A stretch of 44,836 nt of DNA from an uncultured Candidatus Saccharibacteria bacterium (GCA_964591325.1 CAZQAQ010000004.1:1-44836), one strand, 5' to 3'. Shown: positions 1 to 8,229, numbered from the stretch's first letter. The notes: generated from the letters alone by a model not told the origin. Numbers and translations are program-made.

Positions 1-494
1 AGGGCATAGTCTATTGCTTCACTTAACTTCATCCAAGGACCGGAAACTGGAAGGGCAAGTATTTCGACTGGTCTTTCTGGGTTTGTATATGCATCTCCGG
101 GATACCAAAGTCTATTATCAATTAGATATCCAATGTTTGAAGAAAGGGGAATGCTTTTATGCATTTGTGCATGTTTATCACCTATACCAATAACCATAAT
201 TTCTCCGAGCAATACTGTGTCATTATGATTGATCTGTATATGTTTTGTTGCTTGTACATTTAAAAGTTTACTAACTGAATTGTTTGAATAAATAATTGCT
301 TGAGGATTATTTTTTATAATTATTTTAAGTGATTCAATATGGTAGTGATCCTGATGTTCATGTGTAAAAAGTATATAGTCAATCTTCTCAAGTTTACTGT
401 GAGATGGAACTGTATAACTTCCTGGATCTGTAAGTATTCTTTTTCCTTTAATTTCAATTAGTAGACAACAATGACCTAGTTTTGTTATTTTCAT
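1..494 (-). CDS. MBL-fold metallo-hydrolase (3' end cut by window edge)
   Basis: Reverse-strand ORF with ATG at 494..492. It translates MKITKLGHCCLLIEIKGKRILTDPG...ILFTHEHQDHYH, which carries the HxHxDH zinc motif of the metallo-beta-lactamase fold. It runs off the window, so it is absent from the ORF track. Confidence 0.75.
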   Translation of the reverse strand, partial: MKITKLGHCCLLIEIKGKRILTDPGSYTVPSHSKLEKIDYILFTHEHQDHYHIESLKIIIKNNPQAIIYSNNSVSKLLNVQATKHIQINHNDTVLLGEIMVIGIGDKHAQMHKSIPLSSNIGYLIDNRLWYPGDAYTNPERPVEILALPVSGPWMKLSEAIDYA

Positions 495-541
495 ATCTGT
501 ATTTTATCATTTATTCATTTTTCTGCTAAAATACTCTTACT

Positions 542-814
542 ATGCGAATCGAGAAAAAGGTTTGGCCTGAATATTTTAAAAAAATTATGGATGGTAAAAA
601 GACTTTTGAATTAAGGCTTAATGATTTTGATGTTTCTGAGGGAGACACAATTATTCTTAATGAATGGGATCCTGAGACAAAAGAATATACTGGAAGAACA
701 TTAGAAAAGCAGGTTGGATATGTAGGTAAATGGAAAATTGATGATATGACAAAGTTTTGGTCTAGAAAAGATATTGATGATAAAGGTATTCAAGTTATCT
801 CTCTGAAAGACTAG
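542..814 (+). CDS. small ASCH/PUA-like protein (DUF3850-type)
   Basis: 90 aa. The N-terminal WPEYFKKIMDGKKTFELRLND resembles the DUF3850/ASCH signature. A weak hairpin follows the stop. Confidence 0.6.
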   Translation: MRIEKKVWPEYFKKIMDGKKTFELRLNDFDVSEGDTIILNEWDPETKEYTGRTLEKQVGYVGKWKIDDMTKFWSRKDIDDKGIQVISLKD

Positions 815-964
815 CGATACATCGCTATCACTTTTTCTGTCGGTCTCGTATTCAGCTATCTCTAATCTTTAATTGACGAATTTTGGATTAACTGATAACT
901 TCAAACAAGCAGTCAGAGAGAATCGTATTCTCTCCCACAAAACGCATCAAAATTGGAGATATTT

Positions 965-1207
965 ATGAAGGTCATATTAAGATTTATTTCACACATTTAT
1001 TGGTTACTTACTGATGGTGGTGAACGGATACTAATCAGTCATGCTCCTTGCCAAAATGATCACCACACAAGTTATGAATTACTGAGAAGTCCGAGAAGTA
1101 GATTTTTTGTCGCATTTCCTGAATTCAACTTTTCACTCACCACTCCCGAGTGGCAAGAAAAAACAAAGAGAAAAATGGCAGAACAAGGATTTTCTTTACA
1201 TCAATAG
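965..1207 (+). CDS. hypothetical small protein
   Basis: GGAG at 955-958 lies 6 nt before ATG 965; the track's TTG 953 start is less likely. A strong hairpin terminator follows at 1222-1262. G+C is higher than the flanks. No recognisable motif. Confidence 0.4.
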   Translation: MKVILRFISHIYWLLTDGGERILISHAPCQNDHHTSYELLRSPRSRFFVAFPEFNFSLTTPEWQEKTKRKMAEQGFSLHQ

Positions 1208-1221
1208 ATATCCAATATATC

Positions 1222-1262
1222 CCCGCATACGCAAGAAACCTCGCTCATGCGGGTTTTCTTTT
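1222..1262 (+). terminator. rho-independent terminator (shared GGGTTTTCTTTT module)
   Basis: CCCGCAT...ATGCGGG stem with an extended imperfect inner stem, followed by TTTTCTTTT. Confidence 0.7.
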
Positions 1263-1302
1263 ATACAGAATATTTGATTTCTTTGTAGTTTTATAATGTA
1301 AA

Positions 1303-1334
1303 GAAAAAGCACTCGTAGCCTATGCTACAAGTGC
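1303..1334 (-). terminator. rho-independent terminator of the PurM-family gene
   Basis: On the minus strand, GCACTTGTAGC-atag-GCTACGAGTGC (one G-U pair) followed by TTTTT. Confidence 0.7.
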
Positions 1335-1359
1335 ATTATTTTAAAAGATAATCATCGAA

Positions 1360-2463
1360 TTATCTCACTGCTAGTGTCTCACCAGCATACTCGAGATTTT
1401 TTGGCTTGATCACAACTTTCTTTTCACCATTTTCGACGTGTCCAGCTACAAATGCACGTAGGCCAAGTTTTTTTGCAATACCAATTACTTGAGTTGCTTG
1501 AGCTTCGGTCACGTAGAGTGCAAACCCTGCGCCCATGTTGAGGTTGCCGTAGGCTTCTTGATCATCGACTGGTCCATGTTGTTGTAGAAAGTCGAAGATT
1601 GGAAGTTGTGTGGGAAGTGTGTCGATCACGTAGGAGAAAGACTGCTTTGCCCGCATTAGTTTTCGCCATCCATGACCTGTAACATTCACTGCGTAATGAA
1701 TGTTCACACCAGCGCTGAGACAGTCATCAATCAAGCCTACATAGATGTTGGTTGGATCGAGAAGTGTTTCGCCATATGTCCGGCCATCTAAGAGTTTTGT
1801 TAGATATCCTTCCGGCAACTTGCTAGCAATCTTTCGCGCAAGTGTGAGTCCATTGGCATGAATACCAGAGCTCTCGATGATCACGATTGCATCGCCATGC
1901 TTAATGGGTCCATTAATTAAGCGTTTTTTTGGTTTGATGACGCCGATTGCTGAACCTGATAGTACGACTGCTTCCGGAAGAATGATATCTTTGAGAGTTG
2001 GTGTTTCACCCCCGCCCCAAGTGCATCGTGCTAGGTTGCAGGTATTCTTCCAGCCAGTAATGAGGTCGCTCGTTCGTTTCTTATCGTTAAACCAGTCGGA
2101 AGTGCCGACCGCGATATGCATCGCCACTGATAGAGGTGATGCGCCGAGTGTGACTAGATCATTGACGATCATAGCAACAGTGCATTGCGCGATCTGATCG
2201 TAGTAAGATTTGCCGGTAAGTGTATATACTGCATCAGCGACCAGGTTCTTTGTGCCTAGCCCTTCCTCGACATGGGCGAGAAAATATTTGTCTGATTCTA
2301 TTAAATACACACTTTCACCTCTCGATGCTTCGAATTCTCGGAACTCACCATAATTTATGTTAATGATATTTCCAGATGTTTCTCGTGCAGCAAGTTGCGC
2401 CATTCGTTTGAAGGGGTCCATAGCATCATAATTAACGCCAGTACCCGCATAGGTCATGTTCAT
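1360..2463 (-). CDS. AIR synthase (PurM)-family protein
   Basis: 367 aa. By-eye alignment to PurM: EEGLGTKNLVA (DGVGTK-like), VAMIVNDLVTLGASPL, WGGGETP, IESSGIHANGLTLARKI, VTGHGWRKL, NMGAGFALYV. G+C is visibly higher than the backbone. Confidence 0.75.
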   Translation of the reverse strand: MNMTYAGTGVNYDAMDPFKRMAQLAARETSGNIININYGEFREFEASRGESVYLIESDKYFLAHVEEGLGTKNLVADAVYTLTGKSYYDQIAQCTVAMIVNDLVTLGASPLSVAMHIAVGTSDWFNDKKRTSDLITGWKNTCNLARCTWGGGETPTLKDIILPEAVVLSGSAIGVIKPKKRLINGPIKHGDAIVIIESSGIHANGLTLARKIASKLPEGYLTKLLDGRTYGETLLDPTNIYVGLIDDCLSAGVNIHYAVNVTGHGWRKLMRAKQSFSYVIDTLPTQLPIFDFLQQHGPVDDQEAYGNLNMGAGFALYVTEAQATQVIGIAKKLGLRAFVAGHVENGEKKVVIKPKNLEYAGETLAVR

Positions 2464-2666
2464 ATAGAACCTTTGTTGATGTTTATAGCTCTTTAAAGCC
2501 GAACATATAAAATACAGAATAGATCAGCTCTGTTGCAACATTAACTTAATATTGATATATAATCAAACTTGCATAGAAATATACTGCTTTAGTATAAAAG
2601 TGATTAATTTCTATTATGGGCTATTTTTTTATTCATAACTACATTTCTATATGTTAAGATGACTTT

Positions 2667-3098
2667 ATGAATAAAATACAAGTAGAAGTTTTGGTTAAGG
2701 GGACTATAGAAAAAGTATGGAAATTCTGGAATGAACCTGAATATATAAAGTTATGGGCTTTTGCTAGTGATGATTGGGAATGTCTCAATGCTCAAAATGA
2801 CTTGAAAGTAGGAGGGAAGTTTGTAACGACAATGTCAGCAAAAGATAAAAGTTTTAGTTTTGATTTTGCTGGTACTTATACTGAAATAAAACAAAATAAG
2901 ATGATTAGTTATGTTTTATCAAATGATATAAACGATACCAAAGCGAGAAGATGCGAAATAATATTTAAAGATATGGGTGATGGTACTATTAAGATTGTTG
3001 AGACTTTTGATCCTGAAGACGAAAATAGTATAGAAATGCAAAAGAATGGTTGGCAAAGTATTTTAAATAATTTTAAAAAAGCGGTTGAAAAAGTATAG
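2667..3098 (+). CDS. SRPBCC/AHSA1 (START-like) domain protein
   Basis: 143 aa. Pattern VWKFWNEPEYIKLW...FDFAGTYTEI...GWQSILNNFKK is typical of Aha1/BPI-like SRPBCC proteins. Confidence 0.7.
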   Translation: MNKIQVEVLVKGTIEKVWKFWNEPEYIKLWAFASDDWECLNAQNDLKVGGKFVTTMSAKDKSFSFDFAGTYTEIKQNKMISYVLSNDINDTKARRCEIIFKDMGDGTIKIVETFDPEDENSIEMQKNGWQSILNNFKKAVEKV

Positions 3099-3131
3099 TA
3101 TAAATTTTATCTGTAGAAACAAATTGATAAA

Positions 3132-3159
3132 ATACCACATAGTGTGGTATTTTATTTTC
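3132..3159 (+). terminator. rho-independent terminator
   Basis: ATACCACA-tag-TGTGGTAT followed by TTTATTTT. Confidence 0.7.
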
Positions 3160-3235
3160 TAGAACATAAGGTTGATTTTGGGTATATCCCGAGCCTGCGT
3201 TCATAAAACCAAAGCCTATAAGGTGAAGGAGTTAT

Positions 3236-3850
3236 ATGAAGTGGAAAAAGTTCCTAGAAATTGAAGTCAAACACCCCACTCTCCGACGTGATCTCGGTCT
3301 AAACGGTCAAGGTCAGGGTGAGGTAAAGGAGTTTGTCAGGACAAAAGTTGATTATATCGCTTTCCGTCCGTTTGAAAGTTTAGATTTGTTACAAAAGTCT
3401 TCTTCAAGTTCTGATGAACTTCGGGGTTTGTGTGATTCCATTAGTGGATCTAGAACTTATAATTATGTGGAATTTGCACTCGGTTTTCATATTCGGCTGG
3501 AGGAGGATTGGGGTACACGTGTACGTCATGTTGATGCTAGTGTTGGTAGTGGTAGTATCCAAGCGCACATTGATGATGTTATCTCATGTTTCAAAAACGA
3601 TAAGAATTTTGAAGGAAAACAACCATTTTGGGAGTGCATCACTAAACGAACTTTAAAGGGCAGTCTGCGCCATGGTTTGACAAGCATGATTTTGGAAATC
3701 TACCAGTTTCCAAGACATTACGGACTCTTTCCGATAAAGAGATCTGTTGAAACTTTCTCTGGTCCAAAACCAGACTATACCCATTCTTATTACTCGGATG
3801 AAAAACCGCCAGGTCCTATCATTCCAGGTACTCTGAAGTCGGCATGGTAA
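3236..3850 (+). CDS. hypothetical protein (204 aa, higher G+C)
   Basis: GAAGGAG RBS lies 5 nt upstream of the ATG. A strong terminator follows at 3856-3903. No motif recognised. Confidence 0.55.
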   Translation: MKWKKFLEIEVKHPTLRRDLGLNGQGQGEVKEFVRTKVDYIAFRPFESLDLLQKSSSSSDELRGLCDSISGSRTYNYVEFALGFHIRLEEDWGTRVRHVDASVGSGSIQAHIDDVISCFKNDKNFEGKQPFWECITKRTLKGSLRHGLTSMILEIYQFPRHYGLFPIKRSVETFSGPKPDYTHSYYSDEKPPGPIIPGTLKSAW

Positions 3851-3855
3851 CATCA

Positions 3856-3903
3856 CCCACCATTTAAACAGGAAACTCTCTGTTAAATGGTGGGTTTTCT
3901 TTT
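3856..3903 (+). terminator. rho-independent terminator (CCCAC..CAGGAAAC..GGTGGGTTTTCTTTT family)
   Basis: CCCACCATTTAAACAG / CTGTTAAATGGTGGG stem followed by TTTTCTTTT. Confidence 0.8.
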
Positions 3904-3937
3904 ACTTAATTAATTTTATCCATGCTACAATCAAGAA

Positions 3938-4360
3938 ATGATAAAAATAAATCCCTGGATCAATTTTAATGGAAATGCAGAACAAGCTTTTACATTTTAT
4001 AAATCAGTATTAGGTGGTGAATTTACAAAAATAGTTCGTTTCAAGGACATTGCAAATGCTGACTTTAAACCTAGCGAACAAGAAGAAAATAAAATCATGA
4101 GTATAACTTTATCTTTCGGTAAAGATAGCTTTTTGATAGGAAATGATATTCCAGAATTTATGGGTAAGGTAAGTGAAAATGAAAATAGAAGTAAAATTTT
4201 GATAAATACAGAAAGTAAAGATGAAGCTAATAGAATATTCAAAGAACTTTCAGTAGGTGGAAGTGTAGAGGGGGATATGGGTGAAAGCCCTTGGGGTAGC
4301 TATTTTGGTATGTTTAGAGATAAGTTTGGTATCGAATGGATGGTTGAGTTTGTGGGGTAG
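3938..4360 (+). CDS. VOC-superfamily protein (PhnB/YjdN-like glyoxalase fold)
   Basis: 140 aa. INFNGNAEQAFTFYKSVLGG...PWGSYFGMFRDKFGIEWMV matches the PhnB-like / 3-demethylubiquinone-methyltransferase-domain pattern. Confidence 0.7.
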   Translation: MIKINPWINFNGNAEQAFTFYKSVLGGEFTKIVRFKDIANADFKPSEQEENKIMSITLSFGKDSFLIGNDIPEFMGKVSENENRSKILINTESKDEANRIFKELSVGGSVEGDMGESPWGSYFGMFRDKFGIEWMVEFVG

Positions 4361-4415
4361 TAGAGCCTGTATTTTTAAGTTAATAAATTGAGAGAAGTTG
4401 CCAATCTGTAATGTA

Positions 4416-4444
4416 TTGACACAATATATATTATGTAGTATAAT
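4416..4444 (+). promoter_or_regulatory. sigma70-type promoter
   Basis: TTGACA (4416-4421), 17-nt spacer, TATAAT (4439-4444), about 40 nt upstream of ATG 4486. Confidence 0.6.
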
Positions 4445-4485
4445 ATAAAAAAGTACCTTAAAACAAAATACAGAGAAGGCATAAA

Positions 4486-5412
4486 ATGAAAACATTCATG
4501 CTGGCGTTGGTTGCAATCTTCACATACTTGGCCAGTGGCCAAGAACTCATTTACCCCAAGTCGGGAGATGTGGTGTATGTGGGAGAAACCATTACTATAA
4601 AATGGAAGAGTCAGAATAAGGTAAATGAGTCAGTATACATTAGTCTGAGTACGACGGACGGTTCTTATATCATGGTGGTATCGTATTACCATGATATAGG
4701 ATCACTAAAATGGAAAGTGGATACTAAAGGACTTAAGGGGACAGATTTTATCCTGAGTATGTATTATGGAGTGCCTCCATTTTTCAGTATTCCGATAAAG
4801 ATTCTGCCGGGCAAGCGACCTGCTACTACAGGTAAAATACTTGAACAGCCTGAAGTCTCGATCAAGAAAGCCGTTGAGGTAAAGTGGAATAGCATCAGCA
4901 ATGCATACTACAGAGTATTATTTCGGGACAATCTTACAAACAAACCGGTTGCCGTCTCATCACTTATTGTCGGCACTGGTGAAATAATGAGTTATCTAGC
5001 AAGTACGGATGGAGAAATCGGGATGTACTCAGTGGAAAGGATTCAAAATCCTGATTTCACCAATCAGACGCATGTAAATTTTGTTTCGACGAACTCAGAA
5101 TTCATTGATACATCGTTTACAAATTCAGTCTTCCTTGTTGGGAATATGAATGGTTCGAACTTCATGGGATCAAATATGAATGGTGTCACAGCATATTGGA
5201 CATCATTTAGTGACACTGCATTTACTTACAGTGACATGAGGGATTCAGCATTCTATTTTTCAGACTTTAAGAGGTCCAACCTTGTTTGGACCCAGAAAGA
5301 GAATTCATTGTTTGTGTACTGTGATTTCACCGGAGCAAATCTAGGTGATCTTACTGGAGCCAGATTCATTATGTGTATTATGCCAGATGGATCTGTAAGA
5401 GATTATCCGTAA
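4486..5412 (+). CDS. secreted protein with C-terminal pentapeptide repeats
   Basis: Signal peptide MKTFMLALVAIFTYLASGQ. The last ~110 aa show a 5-residue periodicity (FVSTN SEFID TSFTN SVFLV GNMNG SNFMG SNMNG...CDFTG ANLGD LTGAR). G+C is higher than the backbone. Confidence 0.7.
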   Translation: MKTFMLALVAIFTYLASGQELIYPKSGDVVYVGETITIKWKSQNKVNESVYISLSTTDGSYIMVVSYYHDIGSLKWKVDTKGLKGTDFILSMYYGVPPFFSIPIKILPGKRPATTGKILEQPEVSIKKAVEVKWNSISNAYYRVLFRDNLTNKPVAVSSLIVGTGEIMSYLASTDGEIGMYSVERIQNPDFTNQTHVNFVSTNSEFIDTSFTNSVFLVGNMNGSNFMGSNMNGVTAYWTSFSDTAFTYSDMRDSAFYFSDFKRSNLVWTQKENSLFVYCDFTGANLGDLTGARFIMCIMPDGSVRDYP

Positions 5413-5425
5413 GTATTTCACTAAA

Positions 5426-5475
5426 CCCACTGTAACCACAGGAAACCCTGTTACGTTACGGTGGGTTTTCTTTTT
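5426..5475 (+). terminator. rho-independent terminator (same family as 3856-3903)
   Basis: CCCACTGTAACCACAGG-aaac-CCTGTTACGTTACGGTGGG followed by TTTTCTTTTT. Confidence 0.75.
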
Positions 5476-5575
5476 GTTATCAGTATGATATAAATTGTTT
5501 GGTTGTTTTTGATGTAAACATTAATCTGTTCTTGAAAGGCAACAGAGTGTATAAAATACACTGAATTAAAATCAT

Positions 5576-5773
5576 ATGGCCCAACAGAAGACACTTTCTT
5601 GTGAGTGTAATGGTCATAGTCACTGTCCAAAATGTTCAGGTTCAGGTAAGTCAGATATACACATTGTTATTCATCCAAGGTGTAATTATCAAGGTTGTAA
5701 AGGAACAATGTTTCCTATTGATTGTGAGCCAGGATCAAGGCTTAAGTGTAATAAATGCAAACGTATTTTTTAA
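5576..5773 (+). CDS. Cys-rich zinc-ribbon mini-protein
   Basis: 65 aa with five Cys pairs (CxC, CPKC, CNYQGC, C..C, CNKC). CPKCSGSG matches the DnaJ-type CxxCxGxG motif. A hairpin and T-run lie at ~5789-5824. Confidence 0.5.
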   Translation: MAQQKTLSCECNGHSHCPKCSGSGKSDIHIVIHPRCNYQGCKGTMFPIDCEPGSRLKCNKCKRIF

Positions 5774-5856
5774 ATAAATTTATCAACTCACCTATGGAAA
5801 ATCCCACAGGTGGGATTTTTTTTATAAAACTTTTACTTATATGATATGCTTTATCT

Positions 5857-6408
5857 ATGAAAAAAACTTATCTATTTATATTTATAATATTCTGTATAGC
5901 TATTTTACTTTTTATTTTTATTCAAAATAATAAAGATAATTCTCAGGTTAATATAGATATTAAACAAAACTCATTTGATCCAAGGAATTCTAGCTTTAAG
6001 ATTGATTCAGAAACAATTAACCTCAAGAATGGTAAATACGAAACATATTCAGTACCAAATTCGAATTCAAAAAATATAACTACATATTTTGGAAATGAAG
6101 CAGAAGGAGATTTGAATGGTGATGGGTTAAAAGATATTGCCTTTCTTATTACACAAAACACTGGTGGAACTGGACTTTTTTATTATGTAGTTGTTGCTTT
6201 AAATACGGGTAATGGATACAAAACTACAAATGCTTTCTTTGTAGGTGATAGAATCGCTCCACAGTCTACTGAGATAAAATCAGGTGAACTTCATGTAAAT
6301 TATGCAGAGAGAAGATCTGGACAACCAATGTCCTCACAACCAGACCAAGGAGCTGTGCTTTTACTTAAGGTAAATTCTCTAGGGGTATTAGAGGGTTTGA
6401 TGGAATAG
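5857..6408 (+). CDS. membrane-anchored/secreted hypothetical protein
   Basis: 183 aa. N-terminal hydrophobic helix LFIFIIFCIAILLFIFI. One FG-GAP/VCBS-like motif, GDLNGDGLKDIAFL. Confidence 0.6.
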   Translation: MKKTYLFIFIIFCIAILLFIFIQNNKDNSQVNIDIKQNSFDPRNSSFKIDSETINLKNGKYETYSVPNSNSKNITTYFGNEAEGDLNGDGLKDIAFLITQNTGGTGLFYYVVVALNTGNGYKTTNAFFVGDRIAPQSTEIKSGELHVNYAERRSGQPMSSQPDQGAVLLLKVNSLGVLEGLME

Positions 6409-6474
6409 GGAATATTTGAATATTTTAAACACTAACTTATTTTAGGTGATTTAAGTAAATCTTAACATTATATA

Positions 6475-6503
6475 TTGACTTATATACTTTATTATGCTAT
6501 TAT
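6475..6503 (+). promoter_or_regulatory. sigma70-type promoter giving a near-leaderless mRNA
   Basis: TTGACT, 17-nt spacer, TATTAT. The -10 ends 9 nt before ATG 6513 and there is no SD sequence. Confidence 0.45.
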
Positions 6504-6512
6504 TATAAACGG

Positions 6513-6707
6513 ATGAATAAATACATACGACCAAGAAATGGTTCCGAATTAAAATCGGAAATCGCACTGGAGCCAGTAGATCCAAGAAGTATTCGTTATA
6601 ACGTGTGGTTAAGAGGGTTAACACGTTTACAACGGATTTTCATTAGGGAGCATTGGGACATTAATTACGGTCCTGATGCCGATGATCTGCCAGTTCCAGA
6701 ATTGTGA
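6513..6707 (+). CDS. hypothetical small protein (64 aa)
   Basis: ORF with the promoter immediately upstream. Hairpin ACCACGAGC-caaa-GCTTGTGGT plus T-run at ~6763-6790. Confidence 0.45.
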   Translation: MNKYIRPRNGSELKSEIALEPVDPRSIRYNVWLRGLTRLQRIFIREHWDINYGPDADDLPVPEL

Positions 6708-6848
6708 GTTGTATTTAAAAACAAAGAGAAAGGATTAATCTTATGAATGTTTATTTTTAAACCACGAGCCAAAAGCTTGTGGTTTTTACTTATAATACTA
6801 CTCAATTACGAAACTGATTTTTTCGTAATCAGAAAAAATACTAAACTA

Positions 6849-6877
6849 TTGACCCATCTCTTTAGCTGTGATATTTT
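6849..6877 (+). promoter_or_regulatory. extended -10 sigma70-type promoter
   Basis: TTGACC, 17-nt spacer ending in TGa, then TATTTT. Confidence 0.5.
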
Positions 6878-6947
6878 TTTAAAGGAAATAAATTTTGAGT
6901 TTGGTTAATTTATCAATAGTGTAAAACCAAAATTCAAGAAAGGATAT

Positions 6948-7367
6948 ATGGGAAAATTGACAGAAAGATTGGTATCACTCGCTACCGAACAAAAAATTGA
7001 TGAACAAGCTATGGCCCGTCAACGTGAGGAGCAAGCAAGGAAGGAGGAAGAAGAATTGAAACGTGCAGAAACTATCTTGAATGGTCTTGGATCACAAATG
7101 GAAAGACATGCTAATAATGGTGGTTGGTATGTTAAGGTTATGGATTTGGATTATCATTTTAGTGATCCTAAAAAAGTTGACGATGAATATAAATACACTC
7201 TCAACGTAAGACCTTTTCTACAAGGATCTGCTGCAATTGTTTATGATGGGATTAAGGAAATGGATCCTGATCTTGTTATAAGTCTTCAGAAAGAGCCAGA
7301 TGCTGATCCTGATAATAGTTTTGGTTTCAGGCTTTCACTTGCAGTCGCTTGGCCGATCAAGAAATAG
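6948..7367 (+). CDS. hypothetical protein with N-terminal charged coiled-coil
   Basis: 139 aa. AAGAAAGGA RBS. QREEQARKEEEELKRAE segment. Terminator at 7384-7412. Confidence 0.55.
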   Translation: MGKLTERLVSLATEQKIDEQAMARQREEQARKEEEELKRAETILNGLGSQMERHANNGGWYVKVMDLDYHFSDPKKVDDEYKYTLNVRPFLQGSAAIVYDGIKEMDPDLVISLQKEPDADPDNSFGFRLSLAVAWPIKK

Positions 7368-7383
7368 CTTATATATTTTTACT

Positions 7384-7412
7384 GAACCCTCCATTTCGGA
7401 GGGTTCTTGTCT
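7384..7412 (+). terminator. rho-independent terminator
   Basis: GAACCCTCC-atttc-GGAGGGTTC followed by a T-rich run. Confidence 0.65.
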
Positions 7413-7433
7413 TATAAAAAACAAATCATAGTT

Positions 7434-7462
7434 TTGACACAAATTCTAGTTTATTGTAGTAT
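7434..7462 (+). promoter_or_regulatory. sigma70-type promoter
   Basis: TTGACA, 17-nt spacer, TAGTAT. Confidence 0.55.
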
Positions 7463-7497
7463 ACTTTTTGGGTAAGTATTCAAATAATGGAGGTAAA

Positions 7498-7833
7498 ATG
7501 AAAATATATTGTGTTGTGAGCGATGGTCAATCCATCGATGAAGAAATTGCAGAATTACTATTTAGGTCTGCACAAGGTATCCTTAAAAGAAAAGATAAAA
7601 AATCAAAATTGTCACATAAACCGATGGGTTTGACTGGAGAAGTCAAAACTGAAAATAAAATTGGTAACATGGGTCCAGTTTTCGGAATAATCTTTAATGC
7701 AGAATTTGATTGGCAAGGTGGTAGTACGAAAATCGAATTCCTTACGAAACCAGTTAGGGAGGATGAGAACAAAAAGGTTAAATGGTTTAAGGTACCATTA
7801 TTTCCTTGTAATCCTTCGCTGGATAGGAACTAA
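7498..7833 (+). CDS. hypothetical protein (111 aa)
   Basis: GGAGG lies 5 nt before ATG 7498, so the track's TTG 7468 start is unlikely. A hairpin plus T-run follows at ~7850-7878. Confidence 0.5.
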   Translation: MKIYCVVSDGQSIDEEIAELLFRSAQGILKRKDKKSKLSHKPMGLTGEVKTENKIGNMGPVFGIIFNAEFDWQGGSTKIEFLTKPVREDENKKVKWFKVPLFPCNPSLDRN

Positions 7834-7963
7834 CAATATTTTTTTTCAAAAGAGCAACTGTCAAAAGCTGCTCTTTTTCTTTATAAATTATTTACAACAG
7901 TATCGTTTTCTTATTTACAAATTAAAAAGTTTGTGTTATTCTCTTTTTTAGAGAAAGGATTAA

Positions 7964-8170
7964 ATGAAAGAAGAATTTAACATTACATTTGGTGACGGCT
8001 TGAGTCCTGATGAGTCAATTAAAATGTCAGGTGCTGAAGCAAGAAGACTCGTTCGCAATGCATTTTGGAGCGGGGTAGTAGCCACAAATGCAATTGAGGA
8101 TGTTGATATTTCAGAGTCAATGCCACCTGACCCAAACAAATTGCCTGTTACGATTGTTGTAACTGGTTGA
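7964..8170 (+). CDS. hypothetical small protein (68 aa)
   Basis: AAAGGA RBS. Followed directly by the strong hairpin at 8175-8206. Confidence 0.45.
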   Translation: MKEEFNITFGDGLSPDESIKMSGAEARRLVRNAFWSGVVATNAIEDVDISESMPPDPNKLPVTIVVTG

Positions 8171-8174
8171 AACA

Positions 8175-8206
8175 AAGACCTGCAGGTGTGCAGGTCTTTA
8201 TTTTAT
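8175..8206. terminator. bidirectional terminator between convergent genes
   Basis: AAGACCTGCA-ggtg-TGCAGGTCTT, flanked by an A-run upstream and a T-run downstream. Confidence 0.75.
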
Positions 8207-8229
8207 TTAAATAAACTTACTTTATATTT

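Noticed and set aside
3856-5475. Integron-style gene cassettes with attC sites
   Set aside because: One hairpin contains GTTAAAT, which matches the attC core GTTRRRY. The other copies do not, and no intI integrase or attI site is present. Each gene has its own promoter, and the hairpins end in U-tracts like ordinary terminators.
6818-6850. Two mutually exclusive hairpins (ATTACGAAA/TTTCGTAAT versus CTGATT/AATCAG) as an attenuator
   Set aside because: They lie upstream of the 6849 promoter, not in a leader. There is no associated leader peptide or U-tract. They are probably incidental AT-rich palindromes.
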